In this document: positions 1-11,280 of the stretch, piece by piece | How the letters are laid out: each line of letters opens with the position of its first letter | How positions within the stretch are numbered: position 1 is the first letter of the stretch | NCBI GenBank assembly: GCA_000165425.1 | Contig: CT868044.1 | Coordinates: 153,363-217,362, forward strand | Source of the DNA: Paramecium tetraurelia | Taxonomy: Eukaryota | Direction: 5' to 3' | Length of the DNA stretch: 64,000 nucleotides | The notes under the pieces: model-generated | Told to the model about the DNA's origin: nothing | Database searches by the model: none | Seen by the model: only the letters and a program-made list of their open reading frames with translations | Made by a program: the position numbers and the translations under genes

Positions 1-956
1 CACAATGAAAACCTATATGATTTTCACCCTGACATTTTGAAGTTAAACCGATATGGCAACATCTTACCTTGTATCATTAAAAGTTATCATAGTTAAACAT
101 TCAATAGTCAAGTTGAAATGCGATGAAGAAGAGAACTAAAAGGAATCATATATAAATGCTGATTACATTAATGTAAAGAAATGATTGAAGATGTTAGCTA
201 ATAAATGGAAAGGAGAAAATGATGATAGCCACTTAAGGTCCAGTGACCTAAACAATAGGACATTTTTGGAGGATGATTTCTTAAGAAAATATATAAAGCA
301 TTGTAATGCTTTGTAATCTAAAAGAAAATGGAAAGGTAATTGAAGTGTTGAAATTATGAAAGGTGTAATGTGAGTAATACTGGCCTAGAAATATAGGAGA
401 GAGTTTACTTGTAGGAAATATTACTATAAATTTCGTTAGTTAAGAAGATTTGGGAAACAATATAATAAAAAGGACTCTGTAAATGTAAGAACAAAATGGA
501 GAAGAAAAATAAATAATTCATTTATAATGGTGTGGATGGCCAGATTAAGGAGTGCCCAATCATAACGACTTCAATATAATAATGGAATTGATTAATCAAA
601 TTTTGGACAAGGTCTTGAATGATTAGAAAGTAGTATTTCACTGCAGGTAATTTAATATTCATTTTCAATATTCTAGTGCAGGAGTAGGGAGAACAGGAAC
701 GCTGATATCCTTGGTAAACCTGATGATCATTCTCACAACCTACAAATCACACATAGGAATTGACAATGCGAGTACAATAATATTAATAAAGCAAGAAATA
801 TTTGAGAACCCAGATTAGTTTCGGATTTCAGTTTTTGGAGTAGTGCGAAGATTGAGAGAGTAACGATGGGGAATGGTGCACACATCAGAACAATACCAAT
901 ATGTATACAAATTCATTGATTAAGCTATAAAATATATGTTCTAGCAATAGTAATGA
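1..956 (+). CDS. Classical protein tyrosine phosphatase (5' part outside window)
   Basis: Ciliate-code translation across short introns gives NRYGNILP, YINADYI, MIATQGP, WPD loop (WCGWPDQGVP) and signature VFHCSAGVGRTG (split by an intron at ~647-676); TGA at 954-956. Confidence 0.92.
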
Positions 957-973
957 TATAATAATTCATATAA

Positions 974-2387
974 TCATTAAATAGGCCTGAACATGCTAGC
1001 ACTTACTTTATGCACTTGTTCATACTTTTTGTCAAGTTCTTGAGTTTGTAAAGCAGCAAACTATTGCACCATGTGAGTATGAGGAACAGGATTCTCGTTG
1101 AGGTATGAATAATTGGTGGTTGTAGTAAAATTAGTATTTTTATATAAATGGTTTTATTTCTGCACATCAAGCATTTGCAGAGTCGATTATGATTAATAAA
1201 TCTTCAGTTTACTATTTTGCATCATAATATCCCCATAAGATTACCGTTTGGTTTCGAATGGGTATGGTCGATTGTTGAGATGATTAGTACTGATGGTCGT
1301 CAATGTATTAGTAGGCATTAAAGGTTAAAAGTAAACTTCCTACGGGTTTATTTAAAGTGAAGTGATAGTTTTAAAACTCTTGCTTTTAGCAATAAGTGTC
1401 ATAATTTGTGAAACAGAAGAGGATATCTTTTATGCACTTATACCAGTCAGACACTGTAATTACTATGACCAAATGTTGAGTAATCCTGCCTTCTTTCTCA
1501 AGTAAGCCACACAAGATAGTGCTAGGATAGTCTGATCTGTTTCGAAATACAAGTGATCATCTAATTATTACTTAAGTTGTGATACCTCTTATGATTTGTA
1601 ATGCTATGTCTGCATACTTACTCTCAACCTCTTTCACATATTATAATATTTAACTCTCTTAAAGATCCCTCAATTTAACGTGCTATTAATGTGAACTATC
1701 CTTGTTTTCTTTCTGTAGTTGCTGTCCCAAACTATCATCATCATCTATAACTCCAAATGATAGGAGAGCCTCTATTCGATCTAGTAAGGTGACTCTTTGC
1801 AATTTCCAGTCCATAGTTTGAATCAAGGATCTCTCTGCAAATTTGTACTCTTGAATTGAATATTGATTGACTTCAGGATGATTAGTCATTGAGGCATATC
1901 TTTTCAGTTTACTAATGAAAGGGACTCGTTCATCAAGTTCTTAGGCTTTTGCTGCAAGCATTAAGGCAGTTGCTACAAATAAATAGGTTTAATTTTCATT
2001 GATCGTAACTCTGCTGAAATATTCATCAATGTAGTTAATAGCTAAAAATGATGTATTTAAAGATAGATTTAATCTTTCAGAAGCCTACAAAATGAATTCG
2101 ATAATCTGTTAGCGTTGTTTAGCAGGTCCTTTCGGTGTTCCTTCAACTAAGATACTTTATAACACTTTGATCGGATTGAAATAAGCATTAAATTTCATTT
2201 TCAGTGTTTTATATACTCTTGTATTTGGCTATCATAGATTATGAAAAATATTTACATTATTTAAAAATATCCCACATTCCTTGCATACGACTTTGTCAGA
2301 ATAAGTGTGTCGATTTTAATGACAGCATCCGAATACCTCCAAATATTGATTACTATAATGATGTTCAAATGGTTCCAATTGACTCAT
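974..2387 (-). CDS. Cyclin (cyclin N box) with N-terminal Cys/His motif
   Basis: RQQIIEFILQASERLNLSLNTSFLAINYIDEYF...VATALMLAAKAQELDERVP is a typical cyclin box; ATG at 2387, TGA at 974-976. Confidence 0.85.
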
Positions 2388-2882
2388 ATATACGTTAAAT
2401 TTATTAAATTTTTTAATAATAAATAATGTCATATTAAACGGATTTCTTTTTCAGTTCTAAAGTATATCTATTACAGATCATAGTTTCCATTATTTCGATG
2501 CTTTTCAAAAGTTAATCAACTTAATAGTTATGCATGCAATCTAATTTGCTTTCTTTTCAAGTCTTTCTGATCCTGATAATAAGATTCTTCAATTACTTAA
2601 TGATGGACTCTTTCTAAATTGATGTCTTAAATTACATTAAAGTTTTGTCTTTTTTGATCTTAACAAGACTCCTAGACCCCTTCTAATATTTATTTATTCT
2701 TCATTTTTAAACCCTAATTGAGAATAATTTTAAGGATATCATTCAAGTTTGCTCACGAATTGCATACTTGATATTACTTTATTTTGAGACAATTACAAAT
2801 TAAGTAATATATGTCTCAAAAGTATATTTTTGAAGTTAATAATTAATAATACATTTGAAATAAAATTGATAATTTATTTCAA

Positions 2883-5821
2883 TCATCCTATTATCTAATT
2901 AAGGTTGTTCTCCTCAATTTCACTTTCTCTTTAAATGTTTTCTTATATTTTCGAATCACTTTCTCCGGGTTCTCTTCCTAAAAGAAGCATTCATAATTGG
3001 CCATGTGATCAATACTAAATTAGCTATCCACATCAGAATTAGCATTAGCATTGGTATTAGAGTTCAATTCATTATCAATTTTTGGAGGTTGGGTGTTACC
3101 ATAAGTACTCTAGATGTAAGTCCTATTTTATGATTTGACTATGTTACCTCAACTCTTCTATTATTAATTAGACTTCCTTGTTCCTAGGCTAAGCAATAGA
3201 CAGAAATTTCATTTTCCGTATCAGCTCTTATTTCTTAGTTTCGTTATTTGTTGCTCTGTCAGGCGATGGCATTTTCTCATTTTAATAGTCGTTAACCTCA
3301 TTGCCTTGAAATAGTTTGCTTTTCCTCCTTTGCACTTGGACATTATTAGGAAATACATAATTTTATCCTTTGGCAACCTTCTTAACTTACTCTTGAATGG
3401 GAGTCAAACTAGACATTGATGAAGTCCTCACTCTTTTGGGCAATGGCAATTTGGCAAAGCTTTGGAACTTTTTCTTTTTTTTCACTTTCTTCTATTCCTC
3501 TTCTGAATTCTTCATATTTAATGACGACTTGCGTAAGCCATCTGACAACTCTACACTCTAATTATCTCTATTTTCATCAATCTTCATCTCATAATTATCA
3601 TCAGCTAACCATTGTCCTCTCTATTTCATTTATGCTTTCTCCTTTTCCTATTCAACAATCTTCTTGATATTTTCAATCTCCTCCTCATAATCATCTACAT
3701 CTGAGCTGTATTCATCATCCTCATCATTTGAATCCAAATTAAAAGTGGTAATCTAGAAGTACTTCTTAATAGCCTAGGCATTCACTTAAACATCTCGAAT
3801 ATGAGAAAGTGCCTTGAATTACTATTTAACTATTTTTCTTTTGAAACAAGGTTGTCTATTATTTTAAACATTAAAAGTTGAATAAATGACCTATTCTTTG
3901 ATTGGAAGATACAGACTCTTTTTACAATTAATAGCTAGATGACCTCTACTTTCACAAATGTAACATCGCAACTTTAACTTCGAGGAATCACTATTGAATA
4001 AGACATTGTGTCTTATTTCATAGAATTTTTGTCTATCAGTTTCGTATTTATCCAATAATTTAAGAAATGCCACTCTAGAAAGTTTGTAAACAACTGAATA
4101 AGTAAGACAACGAGCAGATGCAGTTCTTTTGTATCCAGTGATGAATCCGATTATTCCGAAAATGCCCTTCTTCATGATATGTAACTTAATTCTTTTCTCA
4201 CAGTCTAAAAAGATTTCAACCTACCCTTTATCTAAAAAATACAAAGGGAAATCATCAGTTTCTTCTTCTTGAAGGAAGATGTTTTCTTCTTAGGCATAAT
4301 ATTGTTATTATATTTGTTATGCCAATTCCATAAGGAAATCTTATGAGAAACAAGAGAAGAAATTGCTGTGTGTGAGCATTTTACCCAAGGTTTAATAGAT
4401 CAATTCTTCTCTTAAGGCAGGTGCCAATTTAAGGATCATGGCTTGTTCCAATTCGTGATCTCTGGCCTTTTCGGTTTGCCACAGATGAACTAGGTAAGCA
4501 TCAATACGTGCCTTCAATTTTCGATCCACATTGTGTTCTACCATGAATCTTTAGATGGCATTCACATACTTTCTATAATGAAATAAATTGCTAAATACTG
4601 GAATTTTTATTTGCTTTCGTTCTGAGAGTAAATCATTTCCCATATAGCATTGACTGAATAAGCAAAGACGATGCAAGAGATGAATTGAGTTATGACAGTC
4701 ACAAAAACCTCCCAGAAATTCATAGGTGTAACATCACCATATCCTACTGATATCATCGTTGTTACAGCCCAATAAAATGAGTATAAATGTAATTCTGAAA
4801 TCGGCATGTCTTCATATCCTCCATTGAGAGTTACCACATCGCAACTATTCAACCATGACACACTACCTACTTTCTTGTTCAGTTGTATTCTCCCGACAAC
4901 GAAGAACAGACAAGCAAATAGATGACATAACCATATTATTGTCATCATTACAGTGAGCAATCGATATTTAGCATGTTTTGAAGGCTCGAGTTGCAAGTAC
5001 TCTTTTATCATATCACTAGTTTTATTCACTTCGTAAAGTTTTAAAATGAAGAGAAACTACTCAAAGCCCAGCTTTTTCTCATCAAAGAGTAAAAACCTAT
5101 ACCAAATCAAACATAACAAGGGTATTAAATCCAATGAGAAATAACTCTTTAAATAATTGAAGGCTATCTATTTCCTGTGGCTTATCAACTATCCCTTCTT
5201 GTAGAAGGCTATATTGAAAGACAATAGAATGTCCAACATAAAGATTGTGATTCCTACGTACAAGGAAAATTCCTCGTAGAATTGATAACGCGAAGCCTTC
5301 TTCTCATCTATGAGGGGTTGGTAGGCAAGCATAAATGGAATCTGGAAGAAGAATAAAACCACAAAGATGCTGTTTAGTACCTACCAATACAAATAGAACC
5401 GAGAATCAGGTTCCAGCACTTTTAGCTTTCCCATACATGAAGACATCCCATTAAGGAATCCATTCTTCTGAGTTGGATAAGCATAATCCTTAAATATTTC
5501 CTTCTATCTTAGGTCTATTATTTAAGCCATTGTAACCTGATTCGAGGATTTTTTACCTTTGAAGCATCTCTTAAAAATATTGAGCTCCTTACTATTATTC
5601 TTTTCAAGGGTCCTACGATATTATATTGTCTCATTAGCAACGAACGGGATCACCTTCACCTAATTCTCCTCTTCCAAAGGCGACGTAGATCCCCATTCAA
5701 AAGCACTATCATTCACAATTTATTCCATGTTCATTTCTGTGCCTGACCGATCCCCCAAAATTATGGTTTTACTCTCCTCCTCTTAAATTAGAGGTTATTA
5801 AAGGGAGTCTTTTTAGCTCAT
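2883..5821 (-). CDS. Voltage-gated K+ channel of the CNBD (EAG/HCN-like) class
   Basis: Transmembrane segments, pore YWAVTTMISVGYGDVTP, C-linker, cyclic-nucleotide-binding-like domain (GIFGIIGFITGYKRTASARC), CCHC knuckle, long low-complexity tail. Confidence 0.92.
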
Positions 5822-5845
5822 TATTAAATTTTTATAAAATTAACA

Positions 5846-6265
5846 ATGGGTCCTACTCAGGGAAAGGAAGTAAATTAAGTTTAATCCACATTTAGTTATC
5901 TCCTTAAATGAGAGATAGAGTGCTTAAGTTATTTGCAAGATTCGATGTTGATGGTTCTAAATCAATTGAAAAATCAGAAACCATTAAATATTGGTATGCT
6001 TGACAATTTTAAATGTGAATAGGAAAAGCAACTTTGCAAAATTGAATACTGAAGAATTATTTAAATCTGTTGACACTGATAACAGTGGAACAATATCAGA
6101 AGAAGAATGGCTAAATTTTTGGACATCGGTATTGAGGAGTGGTCACACAGAGGAAGAGATTTCTGATGAAGTATATATATTCAAAATTAATATACTCAGC
6201 TGGAGAGCATTGAATCAGGCTCATCTTGGGTTAAATTCGAGAACTTAGATAAAAAAAAAGAGTGA
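5846..6265 (+). CDS. Small two-EF-hand Ca2+-binding protein
   Basis: EF loops FDVDGSKSIEKSE and VDTDNSGTISEEEW; three short introns; starts MGPTQGK; TGA at 6263-6265. Confidence 0.88.
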
Positions 6266-6559
6266 AAGTAGATATATTATTTAAATATATTATGTATTAA
6301 TAAATTGTGAATAAATTTAATTAATCAAAATATGTTCAATTAGATCATTTCGAGAATAATCAGATTGAACTATGGATTTAAATTTTCAGAAAAGATGATT
6401 AATAATAATTTAAGTTTAAGAATTATTTATAATAGGTTGATTATTATTATTAAATGCTTTTTTTAATGCTTACCCTTTTGATTTCTCATATTTCTCATTA
6501 ATGATGCGTATGTTTAAGTAAATAGATGAAATTATGTATGTGAATGTATAATTATAGAA

Positions 6560-6963
6560 TCACACTGCCTTATTAAATACAACTGTTTCTCTATACTTTT
6601 CGACATGATCTAGTAATTCATCCAAATCTGCTCCACCTACTTCCATGTCCTGTGCGATGTTTTTGAGATGCACTTTAAATTTATCAAACTGCTAATTTGT
6701 TATGTTCAGATCTTTATGAACTTCAACCAAATCTCTAATCCTTAGATACGAGAATGTTACCTGCCTGTATATTGAGTGTTTTTATCACCCATCATTTAGG
6801 AAAAGAATCTCTTCTATTGATATCTCACACGACTCATGTCAGCTTTGAGAAACTTATCTCTTAATAATTTATCAAAGAGGACTTTGTAGTAGAATTGATC
6901 AATGAGTTCAGACACTTATTGATCGCCTCCAAACCTCTCAAATAAACATTTCTTATTGTCCAT
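6560..6963 (-). CDS. Group I truncated (2/2) hemoglobin
   Basis: MDNKKCLFERFGGDQQVSELIDQFYYKVLFD...YQQKRFFSQMMG...YTGRDLVEVHKDLNITNQQFDKF; has the LFERFGG start, B9-B10 FY, E7 Gln and F8 His; one short intron. Confidence 0.9.
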
Positions 6964-7145
6964 TTTTATTTATTAAAATCTTTAATTTTTTAATATTTAT
7001 TTTCAATCAATATCCCAAAAAAAAGACTAAATTAAGTTGATTTTTAGAGTGATTCACTTTTTGATCCCATCCCTACAATCTCAGTGTTTCCATCAATTAT
7101 TGTGACTATCAATTAAAATTATATAATTAATATAAAAATTAAGCA

Positions 7146-7567
7146 ATGTCTTTAGGAGTACCACTCAAAATTATGCATGAAGCAGCTCATCACATCGTCA
7201 CAGTCGAATTAAAAACTGGTGAAATGTTTACTGGATATATGGCAGAAGCAGAAGTAATCAATTATCCTAAATTCTAGGACACAATGAATGTAAGATTGGA
7301 TGAAGTGTAAATGGTAACTAGAGATGGTAGACCCATGTCCTTAGAATAAGTATATTTGAGAGGAAGCCAAATAAGATTCGTAGTCATCCCAGATGTATTT
7401 AAATACGCTCCTATGTTCAAAAAAATTAGAGCAAATGCCAAAAGCAAAAATATGCAATAAATCAGAGAGAAAGCTAGATAAGTAAGAGGTAATTCATGCA
7501 TCTATCAATTTAAATAGAGGAATTAGTACCACGCATTAAACAAGGCTTAGAACAATAAAAAAAGTGA
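7146..7567 (+). CDS. SMD3: Small nuclear ribonucleoprotein Sm D3
   Basis: [26 protein letters not shown]...EAEDTMN...[26 protein letters not shown]; two short introns. Confidence 0.93.
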
Positions 7568-8685
7568 TACATATTAGCAATATCATCTATGGAAATAAAT
7601 ATATTTATATAATAAATTCTTAGTATTGGATACGATAAACCAATTCGTAATTGCATTAACAAGATGATTGTATCTCATATCAATGTATTTGATAAAACTA
7701 ATAATTTTTTATAGAATAATCTAGTGCAAATAGTATAAACTGCAATTGCTTAACCAATCCTCTTTTTTACAAATTAACATGCAATATAATTCTGAGTTTC
7801 ACATCTCATTTCAATAAGCCTCTTGCAAATCCTAAATTGAATCATAGCTATTTTTAGCTTTTTATTAAGAATACAGTTTTACCACCAACAATTCTGTAGT
7901 TCACTTTACCTTTTAAATGATTTTAACAATGTTTTCTAAAACATGATATAATAAACTTTCGATAACTATCATTATTTAAAAGGTTTTAAATGACAATTAA
8001 ATAAATATACAAATTGAAAATAATATTTAAATTTTAGTTTTCATTGTCCCATCCCATTAAGTAAACTTAAATTAATGAATAGTGAAGAGTAATGAAATAA
8101 TTTCAATTTTAATTAAGAAAATATCTGAATAATTATGGATTATGCAGATTAAGTTCAGTCCTATTTGATTGTTTCTCAAGGAGATTAGCAATAAAGTAAT
8201 AGTTCCCTTTACAAAACATATATGATGTAGATCTTATGACTGAAAGATATCTGTCCTACAATATTAATTAAATAGATAGGAATTTATCAGAGCATAAATT
8301 TCTTCTAATTTATTTTAATTAAGATATTTTTGACTGATATCTTTGGTTTTCTAACCGAAAAGCACAGAGTTTGCATTAGGAAAGTCTATTCATAATTAAC
8401 ATAGTTTTTGTTTATTCCTTTGATATTTTGAAGTGGAGAATTTAATATTATAATGTGTTCTAAAACAGAGAAATATCTAAATAATGAAGTGCTTTAATTT
8501 CCGATATTAATTTGTATATAAAAATTACTTATATATATTAAAAAATATAGAATAGGTCATTCAATAAACCTTGTATGCACATTTGACATTAATTCAAAGT
8601 TCTCAATTAATAAATACAATATTCTTCACTGATACTATTAAAAAGAATCAAGTTATAAATGAATTAATCATAAATTACTCAATAT

Positions 8686-8757
8686 GTCCGTGTGGCGTAA
8701 TGGTAGCGCGACAGCCTCCTAAGCTGTAGGTTGCAGGTTCGACTCCTGCCTCGGATG
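8686..8757 (+). tRNA. tRNA-Arg(CCT)
   Basis: Cloverleaf with D arm TGGCGTAATGGTAGCGC, anticodon stem ACAGC/GCTGT around loop CTCCTAA, and T arm GCAGG-TTCGACT-CCTGC. Confidence 0.95.
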
Positions 8758-8758
8758 A

Positions 8759-8767
8759 TTTTTTTTA
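8759..8767 (+). terminator. RNA polymerase III oligo-T terminator of the tRNA
   Basis: Run of T immediately downstream of the tRNA 3' end. Confidence 0.75.
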
Positions 8768-9588
8768 TTTAATATTTATATTGAATATTATGCTTTATAG
8801 CTTTTAATTTATTTATTTCGAACCTTCTATGTTCCTAAATAGGCTTGCATTCTTTCATATTTAATTTTATTAAAACGTCAAAAATGATTTTAAAACAGAA
8901 ACTTCAAATCATAAGTAAACCTGATATTGTTTTAGTTATTCTTACAAACATTACTAAAAATATAAGATAATATAATATTTATCTAATAATACAGCCTACT
9001 TTTAGAAAATGTTTGGTTTATCAGCAAATAAAAAGAATTATGATTAAAATGGTCTACTTTTATTTTAGTATATTAAAAATGCTCTTGTATTTAAAGTCTG
9101 AAGAATTATCTTATATACTTTTATTAGTAACTCACTTAAGTTGAAGTAAGTAACATTACAAGAAAGAATCCTCTTTGGCTTTCTTTGATGATTGATTTTG
9201 CAAATATGTTATTTGGACAAAAAAAATATTAAACTTATTTCCAAATGAATTAAGAAATTGTCGTTATAGCTTTCTTAATTCAAAGTGGTTTCGATATCAA
9301 TCATTGAGAAATAAACAAATTCTGATAAACACTTAAATTCTTTTTAATAAGTGAGTTTTAATTCAATCATACTAACCCTATAACTTTAATATTGCTCTAT
9401 ATTTCTAATATTTTAGTCTACTTTAGTAGATAATTGTGAAAATTATTGATAGATCAATTATATTTTAATAGAAATTAATTAGTTGAAATATTTTTATAAA
9501 ATTATCTGGACTTCTTATTGGATATAATAAAAAGGATTGAGACTTTGATAATGATGTATTTATATATAAAATTAAAGAATGCAAATCA

Positions 9589-10979
9589 TCAATATTTAGA
9601 ATTAAAATTTGGTTGTTTGTTGGGCTTAAAACTTTGCAGATGACTAAAATCGTAAATAGAATTATTTTCCTTCTTATTTTATTCCTGTAATTAACTCTAT
9701 TATAGATTTTTGGATTATTTATTTGGGGGTTAGGTGGGAACAAACTCACTAAAGTCGAGTGTCTTTGCACTTTAGGTGGTTAATTTGGATGGCATTGGTT
9801 TGTTTTCTGTAGTAATGAAATCTAGGATGTCATCTAGATCATTGCTATCATCATCTTTGATTTGTTATAAAAATTATTGTTTGGGCTTAAATTAAGTTTG
9901 AATTTCATCCCTTTGATTTTAAGATTTGGCCTTGTGTTTGGACTCAAAAGGTTTTGGGTCATCCTTCGATTTGCTTTATTCTTCGAAGATCAAAGTGGGA
10001 GCTATCTTTTCAATGTTATAGAAAAAGGGATGGGTCAACATTTAGGCAGCCGTAATCCTCTTATTTGGGTCCCATCTAATCATTTAGGTTAACAAATTTA
10101 TGGCCTCTGTGCTCGCATTTGGTATCATCTATTATAATTGTAATGGTTGAAATTAAGCAAGAGCTAGGCCCATTTGGGATACCAATCTAGTTCCTTCTGG
10201 CCATTCCTATTGAGTAAATGTTCTATGTGTGTAAATAAGAAATGTACCCAAGTGTCGAGAGAATTTTATTGAATTATTCTAATTCTGAATTGCCCTTAAA
10301 CAAGGGTCTATTCAAAAACAGTTCAGCCATTATACAACCCAATGCGAAAATATCAACAGGACTGTTGTAGTTGGCTTGCTTCAAAAGAATTTCTGGAGCC
10401 TAATAATTTTGATTCAAATTGTACTCGATACCATCTTGTGGCAATGTAATCTGTATAGGGAGGTCTAGATCTGATTTCTCTTGCACATCCGAGGTCAATA
10501 ATTTTAACTACTCCATTGTTGGTGAGTAGCATATTCTCTGGCTTAAGATCTCGATGAAAATATCCATGTTTATGCATGTAGCTTAGACCATTGGCAACTT
10601 GGTAGATGATAGATTTGATCTGATCCTCGGAAATAGTTTTGCCCTAAAATAAGTGGATGAATTGTACCATTTCTTTTTATTGGGTGTACATTTGGTAAAT
10701 ACTTTTCTCTACAAATTCAAACACTAAACAAAGGGTATCGTTATCAAGGAAAACTAAATATTGATAGGAGATACTTTCTTTGAGCTTAACAATGTTGGGA
10801 TGGTTTTGGAGTTTCAATAAAGCCTTAACTTCTCTCAAATTGGTGCACTCATCGAAATTGTGATACTTTTATTTCATCTTTTTGATTGCAACTAACTCAT
10901 GAGTTAAAGTGTCCTCTGCTTTTATTACCTCACCAAATGTTCCATCACCTGTCTTTTTCAATTCCCTGAATTTTTTCAT
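9589..10979 (-). CDS. MAK/ICK/MOK (RCK family) CMGC kinase
   Basis: [32 protein letters not shown] and activation loop [16 protein letters not shown] (TDY motif); several short introns. Confidence 0.92.
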
Positions 10980-11280
10980 ATGTATTTTTAGGAAATTTAT
11001 TTATGTTTTTTTATATTAAAAAATAATTATCAATTATTTTAATTTGTAACTTAAGTGAGTAAACATTTTTAGTACTTTGATGTTATCAGACTTTGTTATT
11101 TGAGATTAAATTCTTAATAATAATTATAGAATTAGTATTAATTTGAATTTCTTTTTTGTTAGTATGCTTGATATCTATTTCTATTTGAATTTAAATTTAA
11201 TTGTTTGACAGACCATGTTATTTATTCAATTTTGGTTGATTAATGTCACTATTAATTTTAATTTAGTTTATTAATTATCA

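Noticed and set aside
9720..9800. G/T-rich tract resembling telomeric repeats
   Set aside because: Not tandem TTGGGG/TTTGGG; it is the complement of Pro-rich codons in the kinase tail.
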